Shown here piece by piece: positions 15,036-29,400 of a stretch of DNA of 64,000 nucleotides. Source of the DNA: Hyphochytrium catenoides (taxonomy: Eukaryota > Protista > Hyphochytriomycota); NCBI GenBank assembly GCA_900088475.1, contig FLMG01004002.1:54402-118401 (forward strand), written 5' to 3'. The translations under genes and the position numbers were made by a program. The notes beneath the pieces are model-generated. The model made no database searches, was not told where the DNA came from, and worked only from the letters and a program-made list of their open reading frames with translations. Positions within the stretch are counted from its first letter, which is position 1. Each line of letters opens with the position of its first letter.

Positions 15036-18000
15036 CTAAGCTGACTGATCCTTGCGTTCACCAATATTGGCAGTGTTGATAGACCCTGGTTCGCTGTCAT
15101 GACGTGGAGAGAGAGGAAGCCGTCTCCCAGGGCTAAGGCTCCGTTTTCTGTGGATTCTGAACTTCTGTAACGCCCTAATGTCAAATTCTCGGCCTACTGC
15201 CATCTTCAGCTTTTCCGAAGTATAGAGCTTCCGAGAGTCTAGCTCTTTTAGTATTGCCATCTGAAGAGAGAAAAACGGATATTGGAACAGCGAAACTTAG
15301 CCCAAGGTGTATAGAGGACAGGCATGCAGCGGGGTGGTGGAGAATATGGCATGTGAAGAATTCATTACTCCCGAGGTCGTGTCGGGTCGGCCAAGAGGAA
15401 GCTTCAATAGGACATATAACCATAAAGTCGGTGAGACGGTAATACCTCTGAAAGAAGGTGCTGTACCGGCTCGTGGCCATCAAAGACTTCAACGAAGCAC
15501 TTGATAAGGTACGGAACAAGGTCAGCTCCGAAAAGCTGTCAAGGAGGTTAACGATGATTAGGGTTGAACCAGCAGGATTTTCTGGATAAATAAGGTTTAG
15601 GTCATACCCTTCCGGCCATGAGAACTTGAGCTCGGGCTGATCGATGTGCATCGTTGGGCTCTGCAGGGCTTGTGCTTGCCAAATCCACTTGAAGGGCACT
15701 GGCAAGAGAGGAGAGAGATATAACGACACCTTGAAGCGTGTCTTGGAAGCATAATGCTAAAGGGTTGCAAACAGAGAGAAGCGCCATTCGCCTACACGAG
15801 GGATGAGATGGAGGGCACAAAAGTACGAGAAAGGTAAGTTCCAGCGAGAGAAGAAGAGTTTGACGAAATCATACACAGCTGCATGTTAAGTTTAAAGAGG
15901 ACAGATACAGTAAGCACCACAAAGGAAGCGGAGCTATATTCCACTAGCTCTGCAATATCTGTACCTTAGCTCATTCAGGGCAGTGAGGACGCTGTTGGTG
16001 AATGATGCTAGGGCCGGACAGGTCATGAGGCTTCGCGGGGGAGCGAATTCTGACGCCGGGGACCATGGCATGGTGGGGGAGAACATGCGAGCGTCTGTTA
16101 ATTGGACCTTGATGGTGTCAGGGCGGGACCACTATGGTCTAAGCACTTACTCTGGATGACAGAGTCTCCTGTTGAGAAATCGGTTCCCAGTAGCGACGGA
16201 ACAATCAAGGTTAGAAGCTCTCCTCCGCTTTCTCCTTTTTTGCCGCTATGGGTAGTCATCACTGATATTGCTTCCTCAAAGTCATGCAACGCCCCAATTA
16301 ATCCTTCTTGGACGATAGTAATGATTCGACGCTCAACAATTGGAATTAGAAGCACTGTGGTTGCGTAAGTCCGTCAGATCGTAGTGTTAGCTTGTATAGT
16401 CTCGGGGACCAAGTGAATAGCGGTAGAGTCTAGAGCGCTTAAAAGAAAGCGAAAGAGGTCGTCATCTTTAAAAGCGATCAACAGGATCTACTAGAGGGAC
16501 AGCTGCGATCTTAGAGGCAGAGGTGCAGCAGGCGCAGGAGGACCGACATACCCCGAAAGTCAGCTCCGACCCGGCTGAGCGAGGCAGCAAAGAAAAAGCT
16601 CTGCTCCATGACATTGCAAATCTGCCCGCCGTCCGTTATCCGAGCAAGGTACCTAGAAGAAACAAAATCCTTTGAGCTCGACCTTCCTTTGCGGATCACG
16701 GTCATTGTCTACGTCCATAACGGATTCTCGTCTTACTCCTCAATTTGCCGAAGGAAGAGCTCGACGTTACGAACTGCCCAAGAGGCCAGTAGATCGTCCT
16801 GCCTCCCCTTGATTTCCTGCGAAAGGCAAAAGCACCGCTCATGAGTGTGTGGTCGATTAGTCAGTTTAGCAGGAGTCAATTTGAGCGGGCATAATCCTTG
16901 TAGAAACGTTTAGGGATTGGTCATAGCATGATCTATTGATGCACATGTAAGTCCCTATCAGACCTCGCTGCCAAAGATGGCCTTGTATTGGGTAATCAGG
17001 TCAAACCATGTTGTGCGCTTCTTCTCTATGATGCTCATCAACTAACGACGAAAGTGAAGATATCAGTCATGAACGGATGTCAGAGGCAGAGGTACTGTCT
17101 TAGCATAGCACTACTTGCCGCTAAAGACTGGGCTCTTATAGAAAAGGAAGGCAAACTCAAGAAAGTAGCTTAGAGAACAGCTTATACCAAACAAGTGACA
17201 AGCAAAAAAATGACGCGCTTGAGAAAAAAGAGGTTCATAAGCTGGAGAGACATCATAGACCCCATCCATGCCATGGTTATTCTTACAAACTGATAAGGTT
17301 CAGCTGGAGGCAGACTCTCTACAGCAGAGGTTAGCCAAGCTTCCCTGTTAGAGAGGAACTGCGCCTTCAAGGTGTGGTTTACTCCAATAGAGGAGGACAC
17401 CGTGGCAGGAAGAGAGCTTGACAGAGTGCTGGTTTCCAGCATCTGGGCATCCAGCCGGCGAAGGTAGCTAACAATTCTCAAACAGGTGGGGAGCTGAAGG
17501 TTTGTTCGAAGCTGGGCCAGTAGGCGGTCCCGCATCAAGGTGACACTGTCATGGACCTCAGTAACCTAACATCAAACGCAAAGAGGTCAGTAGTGTCAAA
17601 AGAAGAACTGAAGACCCACCGATGCAACTCTTGGCCAATAGAACAACGGTGCACAACAAAGAGAGTGAAGATACGCATTGTTCAGATACGAAGCACCTCA
17701 TAACAAGACAATGGCAGTAGCAAGAGGTTCACTAGCATAGATAGCGACAGGGAAGAAAGTTGAGGTAGCAAGTGCATGATTGGGGAGACTCGAAAATGTA
17801 GAAATGGAGGAACGGGAGATTCAGCAATAACCCCTTCTTCACTCCTGCACCTTCTCCCTGATTGGCTCCCCGTTTAAAGTCTTACAATGCTTGCAATGAT
17901 AGGATTAAGCTTCATCGCCTTCACGTTGCCACTCTCCGTCGGAGCCACGCGGTGCCTCCTTTCAAGGTTGCTAACGAAGGCGCTGAGGTCTAGCGCTTCG

Positions 18001-18756
18001 TCATAGAGGTCATTCCTTACACACGTGTCCATAATCTGAGGTATCTCTAAAAGTTCTAAGATCTGGCGGGGGAGACGGAAACGTTAGGCACTCTATTTAA
18101 GCATCAGGCTCGTCTCTGACCCTGATCGAGGACCCTCGTCAGAACAAAGACACTATTTGAAGTTGCTTACTAACCATCCCACCCATCTCTCCTGCCTTCG
18201 TTTGGTTCAGCTAATCCTTCCACCGAGAAGGTACCTGCAAGTGGTAGTGCAATGTTTGCCGTGTCTTTCGGTGGCTTTCACATACCGCCCCTCCTTCAAC
18301 CGCAAACCTCTCGCAAGCCTCTTTTAGCGGTTTACAGAGGCCCACGAGCCTGTCAGAGGATGCACTGACTTGCTGGAGCTAGTAGTATGAAGTAAAACAT
18401 TGAATTGAATGGTTAGTAGAAGCATCCAGAGAGAACACAGCGCCTTTTCGTCAAGCAATACCTCGACAGGAAGGTCATTAGTGTGGCGGAAATAAGAACG
18501 GCACACAGCGCCAGGTCGATTTCTTTAAGCCTAAGCAACGGGTTCACTTCAGATGCCAAGACACCCGTACCTGGTGCTTTATATGCCTCCTAGACTTCTC
18601 AGATACTAGGAAATACCCATAGTTGCGTAGTGAGAAATCTCTGATCTCAGCCTCCAAGTGGGAAATCTCAACTCGAAGCTTTCTGGGTTCTGTGGCCAAT
18701 GACGATAGGTCACCCTCAAGAGCTCCATCCGCCAAGAGCTCTTGGACTCCATTCAT
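15036..18756 (-). CDS. COG8: Conserved oligomeric Golgi complex subunit 8 (Dor1 family); multi-exon
   Basis: Spliced peptides [99 protein letters not shown] and [14 protein letters not shown]. The last exon is 15036-15260. Start approximate. Confidence 0.92.
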
Positions 18757-19248
18757 CTTGCCCTTAGAAGCCCTTATGACTTCCACGGGACACCTTCAAT
18801 AAGCCGCTGTCTGGAAGCCTGATATGTATGAAAGTACCCTGCATAGTCGTCGATGCCTTAACCGTCACATTCACTTTAACCTCAAGTCCAAACTCTGAGC
18901 TGTTCTAAAGTGTACGAGTTTCAGGCGATAACTGATGACGGTCTCTTCCTTCGTCGCGCATGCTTCAGAGCGGCATAATGCTGCAGCTGAGGTTGAAGAT
19001 GCCGCAGCCTCTGCTTCTCTAGTGTCTCTCTTCTCTCGTCACAGAGACTTCGTATCCAGAAGCACCTCCCTCAGGTTATTGCGTTATCTATCCCCAACAA
19101 AGATTAGAAAATGATGGACTGGTGCGACATTCGGGATATAACTGGGACTGTTCCTTATAGGCTCTTGATATTACGCTATTATAGGGAATCCGTCTGACCA
19201 GGGCCATCAAGCCCCAGCTTATCGAAGTGCCGTTTGGGAGGCTTCAGA

Positions 19249-22200
19249 ATGTCCATGAACCCTGGACTCCAAGCAGAACAAGCGCTGCAGAGTCAAAGAG
19301 AAGGCATCACCAAGGCTCTCTGCCTTAGTAAGGAGCTTGAAAGCAGCAATGGTCCTGTTCAGGGGCTGGAAGATAAATCTGACGAGAAGTCCCGGCAACG
19401 ACACGATGTACCAAGCAACTAGCTGGCTCCTTATCTAGGAGGAGAAGATCCTGGCCGGGAAGCCAGCCTGACTCTGCTGGCTCTCTCCTAATTCCTGTCT
19501 GTGTCAGGTTGACAGAAAAGGCCACTGGACATAGGTCGGCCTCAGTCGTATGAAAGACCTGTCCTTGAGTCTGCATGTAAACCCATTGTAATGGAAGACA
19601 TAGCGGGTGATATTCACGCCGCGTCCCAGGTGGTCGACCAGTTGGCGATGCTCATAGCAGGTAAATATAGGTTATATCAAGCTATGGCATCCAGGCTTAT
19701 CTCTAATGCGCCACATTAGTGAGTCCACCTGATGTTGCGACGGGCGCTGCCATAACAACGGCCGTTCAGCGTCTCGAGGGCTTCTGTCAGAACTATCCTC
19801 ACCTTCCAGACCCACTATGTAGTTCCACAGCTATCGTACACATTCTCATTCAAGCACTGCAGTGCCCATCCCGGAATGGTGACGAGCTTTTTCGCTTTGC
19901 CAGCCTTCTGGTACGCGAGCGTCCCACACTGTATCCGTGCTTTATTTTGTCCCGACCTGGTTCCTCCTTGCGACCTGCTTGCATATTCGTCATCCTGGCC
20001 TTGGGTATGCTCTTCTCCCTGTTGTCCCTATTGTTTCATCGCGTTGCCTCTGCTTCGCAACCAACATCGAGGTGCGCACTAACCTTATAGCCCACACCGA
20101 CGGCTTACATAGGGCACACTCTTGGAGTTCGCAGGCGAAACCATCGTTGAGAAGCCGGAAACTTACGGCTTACCTGATGTCCTATTGAAGCATCTGGTGG
20201 AGATCTGCTACAAGGAAAGACTTGTGGAGGAAGCCTATGCGGCAGCGGTTAGTCCAGTTAACTCGTCCTGTCACGTCCTCGCCTACCCCATGGCGACTTC
20301 TGCTACCCGTTTTACTGGCCAGACATCCCCATAAGTGTTTTGAACTTCTGTGGCCCGTCTTTGCTGTTATAGTCTGTCTCCTCTAGCCCCTTCCATTTAT
20401 CGATCCCCATTTTGTCTCTCTACTTTGTTGTTCAAAGGAAGGAGGAGGAGGAGAAAGGAATACCTCTGCTTCTATTCTTGTGCGGACACTGTCCTTCTGT
20501 CACTTTTCCACTTACGCAATGAGATCTGCTAATGTTCACGTCCGGAATCTTAGTTGCTGAAGTGTATGCGGCTTCTTCTGATCAATATGGACGAGTCCCC
20601 TTTCAGCTCAGGAATGACACTTCTAGTCAAAGGCAAGAGACTAGAGCTTCAGGGGAAGCATCTTTCAATCGTTGTAGTTTTGAGCCCTGTAGTCATGATC
20701 TTTCTGGGGAAACACCGCAGAACTCCTTTGTGTGTCTCTGCTGGTCTCTTCTGGAGCTGTGCTACCCAAGGCTGAGACTGCTTCCACGTTTCTTGTGCAG
20801 CTATCCACGGCACGTCGGTCCACGTCGTTGGAAGATACCGACAATTGAAGCCTCAAAATGTACCTGATATAAACTGCTTGCACAGACTCAGCAAAGAGCT
20901 CTTCGGGACAATCAAGGAGTTAATCGCCCAAGCGGGCTGTGCAGACGGTGGGACAACTTTCTCGTACATTCTAATTCGTTACGGACATCATCTCTTCTCT
21001 ACGTCGCGCCCCTACTCTCAGATCTTTGCTTAGTTCGTAGGTAGCTTTTGAAATACTCCCTCTTGCGTCTGCTGCTCGACTTACTGTGTCGGATATCCAT
21101 TTTCCCTTTTTGACTTGGACCCAGCGCTCCTTCATAGCGAGTTTGCGAGGACGCTAGAGGACTTCTTCCTTTGCCACATGAAAGAAGAGATTCCCTGCTT
21201 GGAACTTCCTCGTTTGGAAGGCAAGCTCAACAACAGAGCAGGCATCCTGGTTGCCCCTTATGCACCTGAGTTTCTCTCGACTCTCCACCAAAGTACGACG
21301 CTTTTGTCAACACTGAAAGGGGTCCTGGCACAGCCAGAGAACCTCCGATTTCTTCTCCAAGAAGCCGTACGATGCTGGTGTTACCTACATACCCCTGATG
21401 GAGAGCGTTGGTGGGCCCGCTCAGGCACTGCGGGGGCACACGTCGGCGCTATTTATTTAAATCTAGTAGCAATTGTGTCATCTGTCCAATACGGGGACCC
21501 TGTGGCGTCGGACCTCATTGAGGAGATTTTAGACCAGAGTTTGGGCATGTGGCAGTATGACTTCTGCAGCGCATTGGCGGTGAGCAGACAAATGGGTAAG
21601 TCTGTTGTCTTTTCTTTCCAGTGACACGCTAGTCAACTTGCCAATATGGATCCTGAGAATGGGGAGAATTGATCTATCCAGCTGATGTCGGTTATAGACG
21701 GTGTGTCCATACGTGGAGAGGCAGATGTCAAAGAGGTTATGCACTTTGACCTCGCCCGATGGGCTGCAGAGCTCTCTCACGCCATGTTCAATCATCTCTC
21801 TCTGACTCTTATTTTTTATGGACGTTAGTACCTCCACTGTCTTTGGGTGATCATTCTCGCTTGTTTACCGCCCTTTACGAGGAAATGGCGAACATTCGCT
21901 GCAACCACTGCAACGCGGAGGTGAGCCTCTATGCTTGTACGCTCATCAGCAAGACGGGTGTGTAGCATTTACCATTTCTACCCTCTCTGTCTTTTCAAAC
22001 TCTTTTGCTTTAGGAGGTGATCGCATCTTTAGAGCGAATGGATGACTTGATCCTGGACGATGTATATGGAAAGGCTCTCTTTTGCACCGTGCCTGGGGCT
22101 GTACCCTCGCTGTTAAGTTGCCTTGGTAACATTGACAAGGTCGTGCTAGAGGTGGCCGCGAGCGTCTCACTTTCTCTCTTAGAGGATTGCAAACTGGCTC

Positions 22201-25200
22201 AGGTACGGAAAGTAAATCGGCGATTGCACAGTGGCCGCTGAATAAGTCCCACTCTTGCAGTCAGCGTTGGCCACATTCAAACCCCACGGCAAACCGACGT
22301 TTTTCTGTCTAATATCTTCTTCGACTCTCCTATCCTGAGCCAGTCCGCCTCGGTCTTACCATTAATCCGATCGACAATCCTCCAGGAAGAGCTAATATAT
22401 TACGGCAGTCTCTCTGTACTTTCCGAATGCATGGGGGATTATGATGCGGACGTTAGGACCGTTGTTCTCAAGGTAATGAGACCCTTGTTGCGTCTCCCGC
22501 CCTGGCATTGGGTAGCCATGGATCTTACCACCTTCTTGTCTCTTTGTATAAACAGTGCATCGGGATGCTTGCTGCGGTAAATGGCTTCTCGCAAGACTTA
22601 CTGAGGGCAAAGGGAGTGCTGAGGCACATTCTGCAAATCATCGCAGAGGTCACAATTAGCACGCCTTAGTGACCTCCGGCTCAAAAGTGACAATTTATGG
22701 TTTCTCATGTTTATGGAGTCTCGCCTGATAATGTCCTCCGTCTTAGCTGAATTTTTTCCTTACACGTCCCCTTGCTGCTCTATTTTGACTAGTATTCTCT
22801 TATTGCTGCGCTCGACCTCACGCTACGATTGCTCCTCTCCAGTACCCGTCGCATGACTCAACACCAGACCTACTGGGAGCAGCTCTGGAAGTACTTTCCC
22901 ACGCTGTGACAAATAATGCCCGTAACCAAGACTTCGTTCGTACATTTCAGCTTAAGGAACAAAGGATTGTGGGCGAGAAAGGAGAAAGCATGGGTTCAGT
23001 AAAGGTTGATTACGCCTTTACCCATCTATTTCGGATCTTAAGACATAGTCTTCAAGGTGCCTTGGTCCTACACCGATTGAAGGACGATGGAGGAACTAAT
23101 GTCGAAATGGCTGATAAAGGGGACGGTGCAGAAGCGGATGAGTTATTCCAGATTATAGAAGCCCTACTTTTGGCTTTGAACAACCTTGCCTTCAAGAGCA
23201 AAGAGAACCAACTTCTACTGCTAAATAATGGGACAGTACAGCTGTGCCTAGAAGTCCTCAGCCGAAGTGTGAAAGAAGATGACTTTAAGACAGAGGGTGA
23301 AGCTCTGAGGATCTGTCTTGGTCTTCTTCACTTGTTTGTGAACGTGGTAGATGGGTGCAAGGAGGGACAAGATCTGATGTGGCAATCATCTTCTCTTCTA
23401 CTGCCTGTCCTCATGCAGTTGTTAGACCCGCAATGTGTTACTCATCTGGAGGATGTTGCCCTGAGCTCGCTCTCAGCCTTGTTTATCTCTCATCTCTGCT
23501 GGAGCCATCAGAGGAACCAGAATGAGCTCGGCAAGAGCGCCGTCCTGCTGGCTCATCTTTTACGGCTTATCAGTGCGGGACAGCTCCTTACATTTATTGG
23601 GAAAGCAGATGGCAAGGTGAGCACAAGCTTCAGATTACTGCTATTTCGTGCTTGGAGTAGGCTCTGGATTGATTTAGCCCCGTTGATACCTTACTTTGTC
23701 ACTTTACCGTAGTCTTCTCTATGGCACCTGTTTGTTCGCATTCCCTCACATCCTTTACATGGTAAGGATTATGTATGTAAGCGGATTTTTGGAGAGCTGA
23801 GGAAGCATTATCCACGGCTAGAAAAGCCGATTGAGAAGCAAGATATGCCTATCCTGATGAGAGTTTTAGAGGTAGAGTATTCCAGAAGATGTTCGTTATG
23901 CTTTAGCGGACCCACTATTAACCTGATGCGCTTCTCATTTCAATTGCTCACTGATGGTAGGACGCTACGAATCACGGCCTCATGGCCTTGACGAATCTGT
24001 CCTTTAGAAATCGACTTGTACAAGACGAGCTCCTCCGACAAGGGGCGGTACCGCTCCTTCTCAGACAAGTCGACAGCCACTGGTAAGATGTCTGGTCATC
24101 TGTCCTCCTTCTCTGCCTCCTGAACTCCACGTCAATGTATGCTGCCTTTTTCTTCTTCTGACTCGCGGTCAACCACAGGAACGACGTACGTAAAACTGCC
24201 GTTTTCTGTCTCAGCAATGTCATCAACGGCCATCAAGGAAATTCTATTGCCCTGGAAGCCTGTCAGGGTATCAACCGTCTGGCGTGGCTAGTAAATGATG
24301 ACGATGATGATGAACTAGGAAAAAAGGCAAGTAGTCTTTCAAAGTTACTAAAGTTTGAGCGCAGAGGACGCGGATGTGATCCTCTAAAGAAGCCTGTCGT
24401 CATGGCGGCAGAACAGCATCTGGGTTGGTGCATCTCTCGCTGCGTCGTTTAATCTCATTACCCGTCAACCTTAAAGAATCTTCTCTGCAACCCTCTCACC
24501 AAGGCTCTGGCCAGCGCTAACTGCGTCTTCCATTAACCATCATCGTAGGCTTTTTACACTTTGTCTCAACTGGGGCAGATTGCTCTGGATAGGCTCGTCA
24601 GGAACTCTGCAACGCTTTCACTCTCGTTCCCTCGGAAAGAGCATTTTCCACTGTTGGCGTCTTTGACGGAAGCGGAGCTCATCAAACTGGGCTTGGGTCC
24701 GCGGCACCTCCCCTGGCGTCTAGCAGTTCATTTCGAGGATACAACTCCCACTCTTCTCATGCATGACGAGAATAGGGAACAATCACTCAGGTCTTATCCT
24801 GATCCTGCATGCATGGGCTGATCCTTGGGCACTTCTCGCTACTTGGTCCTCTTCTACAATGGATGACTGTTGGCTCTTGTTAAGTTGGGCGACCTCAGCC
24901 TTTGTCTACCGTACTCGTGTGTGAAAGAGTCAGCCATAAGAAACCCTGATAGCCGTTTCTTACGAGCTCTCCGTGTGTAGCACCGAGGCACTAAGCCGCT
25001 ATCTTCCGGTCATCAACGGCTTACTGTACACCAGTTCCCTTTCGCGACAGCGACTCTTGGGAAAATTTGGCCTTCTGCCGTTCCTGCTCATACTCTCAAG
25101 ATGTCTACCCTGGGAGCTGCAGGGCCAGACCCTTACTATTCTCGCTAATATCACAGCTGACAAGCAGAAGGGAGACGTGATTGAGGTGAGATCTCTAAAT

Positions 25201-25884
25201 AGATACGGTTGAGGGAGGCAAAGTGGGTTCACGATGGGGGATAAGGAGAAACCCCCAAGCGGCAGGGTCATGTTTGATATCTAAAAGACGAGGGTAGAGC
25301 CGTGGGTGGTGAAAAGTTGACGATGCTTTTGATTTTGTCCTCTGTCAGGCACATTCTCGGCCGTTACTTCAGACAGTATCTGCACTATTTCGAGAGCGGT
25401 TCCTTCCACAGGCCCCCGACTCCCGGACTGCAGCCTATCAAGCTCTCGCAAATGTCTCCAATATGGCACCAACCATGTTCTCTCATATAGTTAAGGATTC
25501 GCTCCTCTGGGGTTGGATAGTGAAGGTATGTCCTCATTTTGATATCTCAGCTCCTCGCCAGCCTGAGTTTGGTCTTCAGTGACATGTCCTAAGCGTCTGT
25601 CATGCTGTTGCGGCCCAGTCGCCACCGTCAGTCTCTGCAAAGTACTCATCACTCTTTTCAAATCCCCCTTGAAGGACTCTAGCAATGCAGAGGAAGATGA
25701 GCTGCTCACGGTTGCTTTGGAGCTCTTCTTACAAACCTTAGAGGCTGACACATTCCATGGAGCCATGCCCGCTGAGACTGCCCTATTGCTGAGAGGCCTG
25801 TGCCAGGACTCCGAACCAGCAGTGGAGTCAGGGCTCTTTGCACAAAGGGCTCGGAAGATCATAGACATGTACCATATAACCTAA
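19249..25884 (+). CDS. Large armadillo/HEAT-repeat protein of unknown function; multi-exon
   Basis: ARM-like repeats ALLLALNNLAFKSKENQLLLLNNGTVQLCLEVL, ALTNLSFRNRLVQDELLRQGAVPLLL and VRKTAVFCLSNVINGHQGNSIALEACQGINRLAWL. There is a chain of plus-strand GT-AG exons ending in a stop at 25882-25884. Internal exon structure is only partly resolved. Confidence 0.7.
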
Positions 25885-26463
25885 TAGCACAGTTCCCGAA
25901 GAGCACGGGGCACTTTCCCATCTCCCATGCACGGTTCCGCGTCAGCAGTCAGCACCCTCCATGGAGCCCAAAGCTCTTGCAGTGCCGAGGCTCTGCACTT
26001 CTGACAGCTCAAAGGCCACGATTCTTTGGGTTGATGGGCAGGTGCTTTCTGTGTGTCACTTGCATCCTATCAGGAATAAATGATACTAGGGCATTGGTTA
26101 TGAAGGATAGTGATGCTACGATGATGGATGTGCATGATGGTGACAAAGGTCTATGTTGTGAACCGTTGCGGCTTCAAAAATACAGAAAATCTCCGTATGA
26201 GGATGATGAGTTCTGATGCTGCCGATGACAGAGATCTTCCAACGGCAACTGACCATGCTTCAGATGAAGCCAAAAGCTTCCACTTGGGATATCCATCGGT
26301 GGCTAAAGCAAGGAGACTCATAGCTCCAGATGTCTTGTTTTCATGTCGTCCGTGTAAATAGAAAGTGGTTGTCCACGGAGGATGAGAACCGATTAAGTAA
26401 CTGATGGGCTTCAATCTGGCCATGGGCATTGGACCTTGTTGACCGGTCTCCATCTACCGAAGA

Positions 26464-29400
26464 ATGGACGAGTCTGACGACATCGAAAGACGGTTTGATG
26501 TGCCAGATCTACTGAGTATGGAACTTGCACTTAGCGCTATTGTGGGCATTGCACTTATATGTATGTATTTGTTGGCCAGGGTCGGAAGGTCAAGCCCTAG
26601 CGGATTTGACAGACGAGGAGCGGATCTTGGCTAAGACAACCATCAACAATCACCAAGGCGTGTCTAAAGTCTTTAGCGAGTGGCATGGGTAAGGCTGTAC
26701 ACCCGAGACATGAGTCTGTGCTTAGATCAATAACATCGTTCCTCTGCCAGTCCTTTGTCTATAATTGACTGCCGCAGTTGTCGCTTCGTGTGTGTGGGGT
26801 CTATAACCCGCTGTCACCTAGTGAAACTTGTGAATTGCGAAATCTTTGTAGGTGGGTCTCTACTTTACTTTTGCTGGCTTGCATCATTGGTCGGACATAG
26901 ACTGAAGCTATTGTTCTAAAACCGTCGATGCCTAGTAAAACCCGCCAACCTCTTATCCCAGCCCCAACTGTTTAGTTTGGCCTCATTTTGCACAGGGTGT
27001 CTTCCGTAACCCAAAACGCTCACCTGCCAAGATCTCTCATCAAGCGTTTTATCTCTCCTTCAATATCAACCTCTTTGTAGCTCCCTGTCATGGAGACACA
27101 ACTGTCATAGACGGTTGCAGAGGCTGTGTCCTAACAATAGCAACGTGAGTAAATCCTACTGCCGAAGACGCACCCTTGGTTTAGCTGCCAAGATCCCTAA
27201 TCCCCCTTACTCCAAACCCTTACGCACGCATCCGCGGGCTTTACTTCCTCATAGGAGGCGTGCGTATATTTTAAACTCTGAAGACTGCACTGTCTATATG
27301 TACTGTCAGCTGCCTCCCATTCTCAGAAGTTCTAAGGATATTCGGTTGGGTCCATTCAATGGAGAATACTCAGGGATTGTTCGAGTACGAGAAGCTGGGA
27401 TCTCCCCAACATGTTCTCCACCTACCTTTCCCTTATCGACGTCTCGCTACTCCCACATTAAGTGCACCGTGTACAGTCGACGGCCTTTTCATTCTTCTTT
27501 TCCTCGACTGACGATTATCAATGCAAACATGAGTGGTCAATTCAGACTTTATCCCTAACATAGAAAGTTCTGGGGCACACTATTTTATAGGACTTCCTTT
27601 TGGCAGGGCTGAGGCCGGACAAGCCGAACCGAGCTATGGAACCCCTTATTTATGAAGCTATGGAGACTTCCGATGGCAGCCCACTTTCAACTCTGTCTAT
27701 ACTAGGTGTGGTCGCTTGCTGTGATCCCTCACCTACCTTCGTGTTTAACAATCCCATTTTATAGACCCGTCCTCGGGCCTGGAAGCAGAAGCATCTTGGT
27801 CCCCGTTTGGCTTAGAGAAGGTTCGTGAGGTTTTCCGGTTATGGGACGTGGACCACGATGGCGCGTGGTCAAGTCAGGAATGGCGAAGTGTGGAAGACTT
27901 CCTACAAGATCCATCGCACCTGCTAAAAATAAAGAAGTACAGCCTTTCTGGGCTGTTATCTCTGCTTGCTGCAGCGACAAAGCGAGGTGCGATTAGTCAG
28001 TAGAAAAATCACTCCCCTCGCACCTTCGCTTAACGAGTATATGCAGAAATTGATGACGTTGGGAAGTTACGCATGGGATCGTTTATTGACGCTCTCACTA
28101 AAGAAAGCCCAGACAAAGTCAAAGCCTTTCTAGAGCTAATGGGCATTCGTAAGTAAGCACCGCACCAAGCACAGCACTGTTCACATAGGTAAAGAGGGAG
28201 AGAGGGAAGTACATTCGAGAGAGAAGAGAGGTCCAAAGACAAGAATATGTTGATCGTTGTGCGAGCAAGTGCAATTCGAGTAGGACAAGATTTGTGAGTT
28301 CTATCAGGAACTCCGGCACGATTGTATCCAGAGCGATAAAGAGAACCATGAGGCCGTGTAGATCCACTTGCTATTTCAGGGGTCAGCCATAGTCTACCTT
28401 CTAATATTAGATGCAGGCACGGGAGAAGTGGACCCCTGGGTGCTGGACTTCCGAGAGGATGAAGAGTGGCTTAAGGAGCGACAAGGAAGACTCAGGGATA
28501 TCAACTTGGTGCCAATTAACCCTTGTGATCCAAGAGTTTTGGACAACATCTCTCTCTTCCTAGAGCTTGGAGATAATAATGCCCTGCCTGACAGCGATGA
28601 CGAGTACTACGAAGATGAAGGCGAAGAGAAAGAAAAACGCAGCGAGGGAGGCGGTCATACTTTTTTGGACAGTCCACATATCGGTAGCTGCCTGGAGCTA
28701 CTCGTAGCAAGAATACAAAGACTTCTGGTGCATCTTCGGCTACAGCTTCGCTCTCCGTCATTATCTGGAGAAGATTATCAGCGCGACTCGTCAGCCGTGT
28801 ACTTCGACAACGTACCGGCTGCAATCAAAGGGGAAGCGGAAGCGTGCGATGCGCTCTTTCTCTCAATCTCCCCTTACCTAAAGGGTATTCAACTGGATTT
28901 GCCTAGTCTCAATCCTCTGGCTGAGAACGATCTGCGGAGTCTTCAGCTGCTAGATCTCCTGTGGTCTAGCCGTCTTGAGGCTATACAGGACTGTAACTCA
29001 ATATTACCCGAAGACATAACAAGGTTCCCTTTGGAAGAGCGAGAAGACAAACTTCTCGCATTACATATCGAGTCCTTCCCGTCTTTCTGTAGGCTAAGAG
29101 AGCTCATCTCTCAGCTCAGAGCCAAAAAGCTTCTGGATGATACGTTCCTTCCAATTTTAGAGATATCGCAGGTCTCTGACATGCTGCTTACTCATTTAGT
29201 CTACAAGGAGATGTCCGCTAACGAGATCCTTAGTCGCGATGACAACCGAAAAGGGGCCCTAGAGAGGGAGGTAAGACGCCAAACTGAGATTTGCGAAAGG
29301 ATGGCCCAGCAGATACAGAACTGGTTCAATGCTCGGCTTGGGATAGCCAAAGGCTGCTTGTCTTTCCCTGCTAATCAGTACATGGATTGGCTAACTGTCA

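Noticed and set aside
15181-15729. 182-aa minus-strand ORF as a separate gene
   Set aside because: It overlaps COG8 3' exons and introns; the real COG8 peptide [14 protein letters not shown] is in another frame.
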